This document shows positions 1 through 9,100 of a stretch of 20,000 nucleotides of DNA, piece by piece (position 1 is the first letter of the stretch; each line of letters opens with the position of its first letter). Position numbers and translations under genes: made by a program. The DNA comes from an uncultured Candidatus Peribacteria bacterium (GTDB taxonomy: Bacteria; Patescibacteriota; Gracilibacteria; RBG-16-42-10), in assembly GCA_964514565.1 (NCBI GenBank), contig CAZERA010000002.1, forward strand, positions 112,111 through 132,110. Direction: 5' to 3'. The notes beneath the pieces were generated by a model that worked only from the letters and a program-made list of their open reading frames with translations, did not search any database and had not been told where the DNA came from.

Positions 1-623
1 CCTAGGGCTGCACCACTTCTACTAATGATTGTGCCATTTTTAGTAGTCATCGCTGTCACTTGATTTTTGAAATTGGTCCAAGTAGTAGCTGGACGTGAGC
101 TATTGGTATTTCCTGATTGAAACTGCTGAGTATTATAGTACAGAGCCAAAGTATCTACATAGTGAGGTAACGCATAGATCTTTTTATCAAAGATCAAATC
201 AGTAGCAGCTACTGGCACAAATTGCTCTTTGAATTGATCAAGCGTCATTTGATCAGCTGGCAATGGCAAAAGCTTATTGTAGTACTTTGGTAACCAAGTA
301 TTATGAATGAACAAAATATCAGGCCCCGTACCTTCGGCCAGCTGATCAAGTAGTAAACGTTCATACTCATCCTCACGCCATTCACGATATTTGATATCAA
401 AAGTAGCACTTTCAAATTGAGGTGAAGACTTGGCATACTTAATAAAGTCATCAATCACCGGCTGCATATCAGCCTGAGTATCACCTACTCCCCAGATAGA
501 TAGCGTCAAAGTTTGCTTTTGAGCCCCAGGTCCCCTACCAAAAACTAGAAATAACAAAAACAACAAAACCACCACACCGCCAATAATGGAGAACAGCTTA
601 ATTTGGCTACTACTAAAATTCAT
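1..623 (-). CDS. Extracellular solute-binding protein (ABC sugar-binding family 1 type), N-terminal part, truncated by the window edge
   Basis: Not in the ORF track. Manual translation from ATG at 623 is open to base 1: MNFSSSQIKLFSIIGGVVVLLFLLFLVFG (membrane anchor), TLSIWG, GTGPDILFIHNTWLPKY, IYALPHYVDTLALYYN, PATTWTNF. These are typical SBP_bac_1 motifs. In-frame ATGs at 647 and 650 are alternative starts. Confidence 0.85.
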   Translation of the reverse strand, partial: MNFSSSQIKLFSIIGGVVVLLFLLFLVFGRGPGAQKQTLTLSIWGVGDTQADMQPVIDDFIKYAKSSPQFESATFDIKYREWREDEYERLLLDQLAEGTGPDILFIHNTWLPKYYNKLLPLPADQMTLDQFKEQFVPVAATDLIFDKKIYALPHYVDTLALYYNTQQFQSGNTNSSRPATTWTNFKNQVTAMTTKNGTIISRSGAAL

Positions 624-706
624 ACGAGGGGGTAAAAACAGCTGCATCATAGCTCATCCCATCCGAGCGAACAAATATGCTATTGTGCACATGTTTAACC
701 TCCTCC

Positions 707-1798
707 ATGAAAAAGTATTCTTTCCTATTTATCGCACTCCTAAGCTTATTTATCCCACTCCAATCAGCTCATGCAGCTGAGATATATAGTGGGCAGACAT
801 ACTTCCTCAATAAAGATACTATTACGCCAGACAACTTACTCATAGTGAGTGGTAGGGCTCAGGTAGCCGGATTAGTCAAAGGAGATCTGATTATCTTGAG
901 TGGAGACGTAACAATTAGCGGACAAGTCGATGGAGATGTAATCATGGGGGGAGGAACACTAGATATCCAAGATAAAGCCGTTGTTGGCAAGAACATCCGA
1001 GCAGCTAGTGGCGATGTCCATGTGGACGGCCAAGTAAAAGGATCAGTACAAGTCTTTACGGGCACATTCACCAGTAGTGGCAAAATCAGTGGCAATATCT
1101 ATGCTGATGTAGGCACCTTCTATTTGAATGGCGTAGTCAATGGATCTATCAAAGTAGATGCCAGAAATATTCATTTAGACGAGAAAGCTATTATCCAAGG
1201 CGACTTCAAATACACTAGCCTAGAAGCATTACGCCAAGAGCCAACCGCAAAAGTACAAGGACAGTTGATCAATTTGCCGAGCCAAACAGAAACTCCTTGG
1301 TATCAGAATGCTTATTTCTGGGGAGAACAGTTGGCTAATAGTATTTCATACTGGTTATTGGCACTATTACTGATTTGTTTTTTCCCTAAGCTGACAGCGC
1401 GATATGCCGACACTTTTGGCAAGAATATCCTTTTCAATTTCCTGATGGGTATAGTGAGCATCGGCAGTCTAGCGCTAGCATGTATAGTATTGGCAGTTAC
1501 TATTATTGGCATTCCTCTTTCACTTCTCACCCTCATCATCACTGGCATCAGCCTTTGGTTGGCACCGCTAGGACTAGTTCTATGGTTCACCAAAAATATC
1601 GCAAAGCAAAATTGGTTAGAATCAAAAAGACCATGGCTCACAGCATTTGTACTATTGGCGAGTGTATTTGTCCTGATGGTGTTACAAGCAATCCCATTAC
1701 TCGGCTCTCTAGTCCATCTCCTCACTATTACCTGTGGATTAGGAGCACTAATGATCAGCAAATGGCAATTTTACAAGGAAAGCAAAACCACTCTATAG
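707..1798 (+). CDS. Bactofilin-like (polymer-forming cytoskeletal) beta-helix repeat protein with a C-terminal multi-pass membrane domain
   Basis: Signal peptide MKKYSFLFIALLSLFIPLQSAHA, then repeated V-x-G-x-V-x-G-D/N units (GLVKGDL, GQVDGDV, GQVKGSV, GKISGNI, GVVNGSI), then about 5 hydrophobic helices. Start moved from 677 to ATG 707 because the signal peptide begins there. Confidence 0.75.
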   Translation: MKKYSFLFIALLSLFIPLQSAHAAEIYSGQTYFLNKDTITPDNLLIVSGRAQVAGLVKGDLIILSGDVTISGQVDGDVIMGGGTLDIQDKAVVGKNIRAASGDVHVDGQVKGSVQVFTGTFTSSGKISGNIYADVGTFYLNGVVNGSIKVDARNIHLDEKAIIQGDFKYTSLEALRQEPTAKVQGQLINLPSQTETPWYQNAYFWGEQLANSISYWLLALLLICFFPKLTARYADTFGKNILFNFLMGIVSIGSLALACIVLAVTIIGIPLSLLTLIITGISLWLAPLGLVLWFTKNIAKQNWLESKRPWLTAFVLLASVFVLMVLQAIPLLGSLVHLLTITCGLGALMISKWQFYKESKTTL

Positions 1799-1818
1799 TA
1801 GCCCCTTGAAATATTCTT

Positions 1819-2421
1819 ATGGCAAAAATAAGTAATCTAGGTGTATTAGTAGCATCTCTAGCTTTGACGGCAGTAGGTGTAAATGGTTGGAAGCACGAAA
1901 GGCATGAAGCTGAAATACATGAACATCTGAGCTCAGAACAACACTGGCATCTTTACAATAGTGCACCAAGTCGACAAGCGCTTCGATCGCTTCTATCAAG
2001 AAGCCACAATAGTTCAGCCAAGGCTTACGAATTGCTTAGAATAAACCGAGCTATAAATATCTGTCACGAAAATTATCAAGCACATACAAGAACATTTATA
2101 ACTATGTGTGTTCAAAATCCAACATGCAATCGGTCCCTGAGAGTGCACAATCCCAATGGCGCGGTTACTTTATCTGCTACTTACGGCTTAGATGGACTAG
2201 AAGCCAATAGCTTTATCTCAAACTATGCCACACTAAGAATACGAGATATCGTAGATAGTCGAGATGATAACGAACTAACAGAACAAAACACTAGGAGTAT
2301 AGGATATTTGGTAGACAGCCAATTAACCGCAAGTATCACTACCAGCAGAATGGCACTAGAGGCCTGTCAAAGTAAATTAGATTTAGTAGACGCTTCAATT
2401 GCAACACAATCACACAGATAA
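1819..2421 (+). CDS. Hypothetical secreted or membrane-anchored protein
   Basis: 200-aa ORF that fills the gap. N-terminal hydrophobic segment followed by a His/Glu-rich patch and 4 Cys. No family recognised. Confidence 0.6.
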   Translation: MAKISNLGVLVASLALTAVGVNGWKHERHEAEIHEHLSSEQHWHLYNSAPSRQALRSLLSRSHNSSAKAYELLRINRAINICHENYQAHTRTFITMCVQNPTCNRSLRVHNPNGAVTLSATYGLDGLEANSFISNYATLRIRDIVDSRDDNELTEQNTRSIGYLVDSQLTASITTSRMALEACQSKLDLVDASIATQSHR

Positions 2422-2430
2422 CCACAAAAA

Positions 2431-2465
2431 CCCTCTGCCCTCTGCCCTCTTACCCCTGACCTACT
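2431..2465 (+). repeat. Short degenerate heptamer tandem repeat
   Basis: ccctctg ccctctg ccctctt acccctg acctact. Confidence 0.6.
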
Positions 2466-2474
2466 TTTCTCGTC

Positions 2475-2503
2475 TTTACATTTCTCATCTCTCATTGTAG
2501 ATT
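2475..2503 (+). promoter_or_regulatory. Sigma70-type promoter for rpmG
   Basis: TTTACA-17 bp-TAGATT, ending 24 nt before the rpmG ATG. Confidence 0.6.
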
Positions 2504-2527
2504 GTCGACGCTCTAAACAAGTAATTT

Positions 2528-2719
2528 ATGGCGAAGAAAACGAATCGCGTTTGGGTGACTATGGAATACAAATTCGAAAGACCAGATGGTACACGTGGTA
2601 GCGAATGTATTTATGTGACAAGCAAAAACAAGAAAACTACTACTGACAAATTGGAACTCAAAAAGTTCTCAAAGGTCATGCACAAACATGTTAAATTCGT
2701 TGAGAAAAAGGGTAAGTAA
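2528..2719 (+). CDS. rpmG: 50S ribosomal protein L33 (form lacking the Zn-binding CxxC pairs)
   Basis: MAKKTNRV...YVTSKNKKTTTDKLELKKFSKVMHKHVKFVEKK matches the L33 signature (Y.T.KN......LELKK). Confidence 0.93.
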   Translation: MAKKTNRVWVTMEYKFERPDGTRGSECIYVTSKNKKTTTDKLELKKFSKVMHKHVKFVEKKGK

Positions 2720-2745
2720 TCAGACGTTGAGATCAGAAAGAAATT

Positions 2746-2773
2746 AAAAAGGAGCGAAATCGCTCCTTTTTTT
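2746..2773. terminator. Bidirectional intrinsic terminator between rpmG and the convergent desaturase
   Basis: aaaaa-ggagcg-aaat-cgctcc-ttttttt: GC stem with a U-tract on both strands. Confidence 0.88.
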
Positions 2774-2787
2774 GTACCCACAAGTTA

Positions 2788-3822
2788 TTAATTGGAATTC
2801 GAACGCTTGATTGGTAGTGATTGTCTAATGATTTGATCTAGCTGCTCAAGTGTAACTTCACTGAGTTTATTCCACTCTGCTTCAATCTTGGCCTTGGCAT
2901 CATAATAAGCTTGTCTACTTTCAGCTTTCATATGTGGAAGCAAGCGCATCGCCTTTGCCCAATGCACATGGAACAAACCAATATCAAAGTGCCCGTCTTT
3001 AACTAAATTTTTCTTTAAAAATTCTTTGGGTGGCACCATGAGATTGGCGGCCAATTTAAACCAGCTCATAATCTTGAGCACATAGAAACTAGCATCAATT
3101 TCCCACCAGAAAAAACCCTGCCTGCTACTAGCTGGATAATAGTGATGGTTGTTGTGCCATCCTTCACCACAAGTAATCAAAGCTAAAATAAATGAATTAC
3201 GACTACTATCCCTAGTCACAAAACGACGACGACCAAACACATGAGCAAGCGAGTTGATCGTAAATGTACCATGATAAAGCAGTACAGTAGAGAGCAAAAA
3301 TCCGCCAACCAACATACTCCAGCCACCAAAGGCTAAAGATATCAGTCCCAGTATTGCTGGGGGAATCAAGTAATAACGATCCAAGAAACGCAGCTCGGGG
3401 TATTGCGCAAAGTCCCGAATCAAATCAAGCCGAGGCTTAGCGTACTTCTGACAGACAATCCATCCCATATGACTCCACCAAAAACCACGAATTGGTGAAT
3501 GAATATCATCGATCTGATCAGAATGGTGGTGATGATGACGATGATAAGAAGCCCACCAAAGCGGTCCTTTTTGTGCAGCTGAAGCTCCACCAAAAGCCAT
3601 CACAAACTGCATCCATCGAGGCAGCTGATAACTTCTATGAGCAAAGTATCGATGATACCCAGCTGTAATAAAAAACATGCGAACGAAGTACAAAGCCACA
3701 CAGACAACAATATCAGCTAGGCTCACACCAGTTATCAATAAAAGTAATGGTGTCAGATGCATCAACCAAAACAAAGCAGAGCGTTTCCAATCAATCACCT
3801 CATCATTAGCATTCGTCCCCAT
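2788..3822 (-). CDS. Acyl-CoA (delta-9 type) fatty acid desaturase
   Basis: Three His boxes GYHRYFAH, HRHHHHH and GEGWHNNHH, plus INSLAH and WWEID motifs of the OLE1/DesC-like family. ATG 3822 preferred over TTG 3828. Confidence 0.93.
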   Translation of the reverse strand: MGTNANDEVIDWKRSALFWLMHLTPLLLLITGVSLADIVVCVALYFVRMFFITAGYHRYFAHRSYQLPRWMQFVMAFGGASAAQKGPLWWASYHRHHHHHSDQIDDIHSPIRGFWWSHMGWIVCQKYAKPRLDLIRDFAQYPELRFLDRYYLIPPAILGLISLAFGGWSMLVGGFLLSTVLLYHGTFTINSLAHVFGRRRFVTRDSSRNSFILALITCGEGWHNNHHYYPASSRQGFFWWEIDASFYVLKIMSWFKLAANLMVPPKEFLKKNLVKDGHFDIGLFHVHWAKAMRLLPHMKAESRQAYYDAKAKIEAEWNKLSEVTLEQLDQIIRQSLPIKRSNSN

Positions 3823-3872
3823 AATCAAAAATTCAAAAGCAGATCGATCCTACAGCAACAATGATGAACAAA

Positions 3873-4793
3873 CTATTGACGAGATGTTTTTTGTTTTAGT
3901 GGTTCAGTCCAGGTTTGAAATAAAGTCCACATCAGATTATCAGCAATATGATGATGATCATCATCAAGTTTAGCAGGCACATCTGCACCATTTTGAATAC
4001 TCAATTGGTCGATTAAAAGCTTCTTGGCATGCGTTCGTGAAGTAGGAGTATGACGATTCTGAGTGGCAATCAGGTATACAACTCGCAAAAATTGCTCCAA
4101 ATTCACAACTTGAATCCGGCCAGTGTGCAGATCGCTCCACACGTCACTATTTAACCCAACCTTCCCCTTTCTACTATTTACTGGGACAGCACTATTTAAC
4201 TGAGAATAAAGATGGAAACAAACTTCCAATAACACAGCTACTTGATCACAAATTATTTTCAACTCATCTAGTACTGCACAAAATTGCTTATCACCCAAAT
4301 TTTCTTTCAAAGTATTAATAGCCTCAACTTGTAAACGCGCTGGTTGACCGAGAATATCTAGTGAACCTTTAATCGCAGCAAGTGATTGAGTTAGTTTCTC
4401 CAAATCAACGGCTACCACTTTACCTTTAGCTGTTGTCAGCTTGAAAAGACCAAACGAATAAGTTCCTGCAGCTAACTTTCGCGAGAGAATAACTTTTTCG
4501 GCTTTTAACTTTTGTTGTTTTTCTACACACTCAGCAGATACCCTTTGGTGCTCTATAGTATATCTCTGCAACACCAAGAAAAATTGTTCACAAATACTCG
4601 AGAGATTATCGATAGTCTCCCCCACACTGACACGCAACTTTGCTACAGCATCCAATCGTATGGCCGGAGGCTCTTCAGCTACCCCATTTGCACTATCTGC
4701 TTTCGCATATGTCCCACTATCTCGCTTTAGCGAATCCAAATCAACAGTCTTCACATCAGCACCACCTACACCACCATCTCTATCTAATCTCAC
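3873..4793 (-). CDS. Hypothetical protein, predicted helical/coiled-coil
   Basis: 306-aa ORF with a GTG start, preceded by a near-consensus promoter. No family recognised. Confidence 0.65.
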   Translation of the reverse strand: MRLDRDGGVGGADVKTVDLDSLKRDSGTYAKADSANGVAEEPPAIRLDAVAKLRVSVGETIDNLSSICEQFFLVLQRYTIEHQRVSAECVEKQQKLKAEKVILSRKLAAGTYSFGLFKLTTAKGKVVAVDLEKLTQSLAAIKGSLDILGQPARLQVEAINTLKENLGDKQFCAVLDELKIICDQVAVLLEVCFHLYSQLNSAVPVNSRKGKVGLNSDVWSDLHTGRIQVVNLEQFLRVVYLIATQNRHTPTSRTHAKKLLIDQLSIQNGADVPAKLDDDHHHIADNLMWTLFQTWTEPLKQKTSRQ

Positions 4794-4857
4794 AAAGAAA
4801 AATCAAAAATAAAAAAACTGTCCAAAAACCAACCAGGAAACTAAGACAGTAAGTCAG

Positions 4858-4886
4858 ATTATGGGGCAGATAAGCAAAATTGTCAA
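4858..4886 (-). promoter_or_regulatory. Sigma70-type promoter for the hypothetical ORF and possibly the desaturase
   Basis: Minus strand TTGACA-attttgcttatctgccc (17 bp)-CATAAT. Confidence 0.7.
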
Positions 4887-4995
4887 TAATACAGCATCAA
4901 AGCGCTCATCATAAACCTATTTCTCCAATATCAGTAAAATAGACAAAATTAAAAAATTTCCCAAGCTTAGTTGAGCGAGGAGAATGAAAATGAGA

Positions 4996-5011
4996 TCCCG
5001 CATATGCGGGA
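4996..5011. other. Perfect 16-bp palindrome just 3' of tRNA-Trp (possible terminator or processing hairpin)
   Basis: tcccgcatatgcggga is its own reverse complement. It lacks a strong U-tract. Confidence 0.5.
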
Positions 5012-5014
5012 GGA

Positions 5015-5088
5015 TGGCAGGCCCGGAAGGAATCGAACCTTCATTGGCGGTTTTGGAGACCGCAGTCCTACCATTAAACGACAGGCCT
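5015..5088 (-). tRNA. trnW: tRNA-Trp (anticodon CCA), 3' CCA encoded
   Basis: Minus strand AGGCCTGTCGTTTAATGGTAGGACTGCGGTCTCCAAAACCGCCAATGAAGGTTCGATTCCTTCCGGGCCTGCCA. Anticodon arm GCGGT-CTCCAAA-ACCGC, T-loop GGTTCGATTCC. Confidence 0.97.
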
Positions 5089-5145
5089 ATATGCATCTCT
5101 TGATGCGGCCGGATCTTACTTTACCTATGTCTTGGTCGTCAATGA

Positions 5146-5442
5146 CTACTTGGAGTCAGTCTTGGCAGAGCGAGCTAGGAGCTCTTTGATCAAAGGTAAT
5201 TCATAACGATGTCCCAATGCTGCGTAGTAAAATCCCATTACTAGTAAAGCAAAAGAACCGAGCTCTAAAATAATGGTGAGCCACCACCAGGGTAAAAATA
5301 ACCAAATCAAAAGAATGACATGAATCACCAGGGCCTGTCTGGCGTGAAAACGCACAAAAGGCTCATTGCGACCGAGCAAACAAACGATACTTAGCAACGG
5401 CACATAACTCAACGCTGCGATTTTTTTATCTTGCTCAATCAT
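5146..5442 (-). CDS. Small membrane protein, DUF4870/Tic20-like
   Basis: AALSY...FVRFHARQAL...G..YELP pattern with 3 hydrophobic segments. Confidence 0.75.
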   Translation of the reverse strand: MIEQDKKIAALSYVPLLSIVCLLGRNEPFVRFHARQALVIHVILLIWLFLPWWWLTIILELGSFALLVMGFYYAALGHRYELPLIKELLARSAKTDSK

Positions 5443-5463
5443 AGGTAGAAATAGTCCTTCTTT

Positions 5464-5486
5464 AGTATATCACAATCTGGTATGAT
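5464..5486. promoter_or_regulatory. Back-to-back extended -10 promoters
   Basis: Plus strand TGgTATGAT at 5478-5486 and minus strand TGaTATACT at 5472-5464, between divergent genes. Confidence 0.45.
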
Positions 5487-5509
5487 GCCGAGGAATCACG
5501 CTACTTTTT

Positions 5510-6071
5510 ATGTCTGATCAAATCACTCCAAACACCGAAACTGCTACTCCACCCGAACAAACAACACCTTCTACAAAGAATGGCCCAAATCTCAATGATC
5601 TCAAAAACTCAGGTCAAAAGATTCTAAGCCAACTAATGCAATTAGGAATGAATACCAAGCTGCTCTTAGGTGGAGCCTTGTTGACCTTTATTGCTACTTT
5701 CCTTCCTGCATATGGCTTTTCTGCTCCTTACTACACCACTTCTTTTACCAATTTTTCTAACTTAGGTTGGTTGAGCTGGTTAGCATCATTGGTAGTAATA
5801 GTACTAATCATATTGCCACTTTTCAAAATCACTATTCCAATGCCATGGCCTACTAGCCTGATGCACTTGATAGTAAGTATTATTGGTGTAGTAGCTGCCG
5901 TAATTCAACTACTCACCTACCAATTTGAGGACCACCCAATGGGGTGGTCCTCAAATTGGTATTTTCTTGGTTTTACTGGGCACCTCTCTTATGACTTATA
6001 GCGCTTACAATGAGCAAAAAATCATCCCCCAACCAACGCAAGAACAAAACAACAACACCACTCAACAATAA
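5510..6071 (+). CDS. Four-TM membrane protein with an apparent +1 frameshift near 5904-5945 (sequencing error or recent pseudogene)
   Basis: The annotated frame stops at 6001 with an implausible tail. The +1 frame is open 5904-6071 and reads GGPQIGIFLVLLGTSLMTYSAYNEQKIIPQPTQEQNNNTTQQ*, a clean fourth TM helix plus a polar tail. Confidence 0.65.
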
Positions 6072-6132
6072 AAGACCACTCACGCCCAATCTCAAAAAGA
6101 TTCCTGCAGAAGTGATAGACAGCAATGACGAC

Positions 6133-9100
6133 ATGCTCATTGCCAGTAGGCCGATTGCGCGAGAGCGTGCTAGTTTTAGACCAATTGAAAACCAGAAAAC
6201 TATGCCGCCAGTAAAAAGGTGGAAGCTATGGTCTTGGTATGCTCTAGTCTTCTTCTTGGGCTCTACTCTGGTTACCTCAATTTTTGGCTTTGTTTATATC
6301 TTGCTGATCCTCAAAGATCTGCCTAGTCCTGAGGCATTGACCAATATTACTATTGTATCTACCACCAAAATATTAGCTCGTGATGGCACTTTACTTTATG
6401 AAGCTGGTGATGATGGTGCACGCAGGACCGTAGTTGGCTTGGATCAAATCAATCAACACATGATCGATGCAACCCTCGCCGCCGAAGATGACAAATTCTT
6501 TTCTCACCCAGGTTTTGATTGGCAAGGTATTGCACGAGCCCTGTATCAAGACAGTATAAACTTCCTCACTGGCAATAGCGCTCGACAAGGTGGCTCAACT
6601 ATCACTCAACAGTTAGTAAAGCTATCATTTCTCACACCAGAAAGGACGCTCAAAAGAAAAGTGAGCGAACTTATTTTGTCTCTAGAACTAGAGCAACAAT
6701 ATAGCAAACAGCAAATCTTGGAAATGTACCTCAACAAAATATTCTATGGCTATCAATCTTATGGTATTGAAGCTGCCGCGCGCACTTATTTCAATAAAGA
6801 TGCCAAGAGCCTAACTATTGCTGAAAGCGCTACATTAGCCGGTATCCCTCAGTCCCCTACCCGATACTCTCCGTACAACAACAAAGATGCCCTCATGTCC
6901 CGTAAAAAATACATACTAGGTAGAATGCATACATTGGGACTACTCAATGATGCAGAGTTCAATAAAGCCTCCAATGATGAAATAGTGTTCCAACCAGTAA
7001 GAGCCAGCATCCGAGCTCCTCACTTTGTTTTTTATATTTTACAAGAACTCGAAAAAACATATGGTGAACAAATCCGAGGTCTCAATGTCTATACAAGTTT
7101 AGACATCAACCTCCAAGATCAAGCTGAAAAAGCAGTCAAAGAGGGGGCACTCAAAAACGAAAAAGCACATGGAGCTAAAAATGCAGGACTGATTAGTATA
7201 GATCCCAAAACTGGTGAGATTTTAGCCATGGTCGGTTCAAGAGATTATTTTGATGACTCAGTGGATGGTCAGGTAAATGTGATCACATCAAAGAGACAAC
7301 CTGGCTCCACGTTCAAGCCATTCACCTACGCTACCCTTTTCACCAAAGGATACGGCACTGGTACGGTTTTCTTCGATGTGAAAACAGATTTTGGCAACAA
7401 ATACATGCCAGTCGATTACGATGGTAAATTCCGAGGCCCAGTAACAGTACGTACAGCCCTTTCAAACTCTCTCAACATCCCAGCAGTAGCAGCACAGTAT
7501 CTTGCTAATCCAGAAGATACGCTGACATTACTCAACAAAATGGGTATTGATTATTTGGACAAAAGCATGGCTGCCAATACCGGTCTAGCTTTGGCTTTGG
7601 GTGTAGAAGAAATCACACCACTGGACATGGTGCGTGCTTATAGTGTCTTTGCCAACAATGGTATCAAACGGGATATTGGTGGCATTATGCGCATCACCAG
7701 TGACCGTGGCAATGAGATCTGGAAACGTACTGTCGATCCAGGCCAAGAAGTATTGGATCCACAAGCGGCCTATCTCATCAGCAATATTTTATCAGACAAT
7801 AACGCTCGCCCAGCTGGTTGGACCAATTTAGTGATTCCGAATCAAACAGTGGCTGTAAAAACAGGAACCTCTATCAATATTGTGAATAATGTAAAAAAAC
7901 CAAAAGACCTTTGGACTATTGGTTATACCCCAAGCATCGTAACCGGCGTATGGGTAGGAAATAATCAAGGTGACATTCCTGTGCTCACAGCGGATGGTAT
8001 TACTGATGCTGCTAGTATTTGGAAAGCCTATATGGTCAAAGCGCTAGACAAGAAACCTAGAGAAGAATTTGCTCGACCTGAACAGATCAAAGAAATAAGC
8101 ATTAGCACCCTTTCTGGATTACTACCAAGCAGCACAACACCAAGCGATAAAATACGTACTGAGCTGTATCCAGATTATGGCGTACCTCAGCTAGTAGAAC
8201 AAGGATTCCAATCAGCAAAAGTGGATCAGATCTCAGGAAAATTGGCTACTGAATCGTGTCCTACCAATACCTCGCTCTATGTTTACCAAAACTACCATAG
8301 TATTTTGTACTATCTGCGTCCGGATGATCCAGCCCTGAAACGTTGGGAAGATGGCGTACAAGGATGGGCACAAAACAATAAAGGAACACCAACTTCTAAC
8401 GATCCCAATGCGCCAGGCGTTAATAGTACTACTGCCGATGGTATTCCAATTGTCTATGTAGATGACCCAAGCAAAATCCCTACTGAGACTTGTAACATCA
8501 TCCCTCCAAGCGAAGTGGGAATCGAACTATTAAGTCCAGGTGAAGGTGACAAGATCGCCAATGGACCAAACCAGGCATTATTTTCTTATCATGACCCAGC
8601 ATCAATTAGCAAAGTAGGCGTATACTTCGATGACAAATTGGTTGGTAGTAATGACACAGGCCGCTTTGAGAGTATCAACTTCAATGTACCTATTAGTACA
8701 CTCGGTTCGGTACACACCTTAAGGTTTGTCTTTACATTAGTGGATGGTCGTCAAAGCTTTATGCAGATTGGGGTAGTGGTATCAGACGATACCAGTGGCC
8801 CTGGTGTCACCCTCCAGTCTCCATTTGAACATCAAGTAGTGCATCCAGGTGAGACATTTCAAATCAGTGCTGCTGTCACTGACAATAAAAAGGTGACCAA
8901 GGTGGAATTCTTCTTTGATGGCACACCAATTATCACTCTCGAAAATAGCCCCTATATCACTTCATACTTCATTGCCAACGACACTGCCCAGGGCCAGCAT
9001 GAGTTGCTGCTACGCGCATATGATGACAGTGGCAATGTCACCAGAGTAAAGAGAACTATTGATATCGTGCAAAATACGACAAATCAAAGAAGTGCTAGTA

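Noticed and set aside
2431..2465. CRISPR array
   Set aside because: These are 7-nt tandem units without spacers, and there are no cas genes.
3520..3545. Poly-His run HRHHHHH as a novel metal-binding tag
   Set aside because: It is the second His box of the desaturase.
2774..5015. Integrative element at tRNA-Trp
   Set aside because: I found no integrase and no duplicated tRNA 3' end (att site) by eye.
4971..5189. 72-aa plus-strand ORF
   Set aside because: It is the antisense reading of tRNA-Trp.
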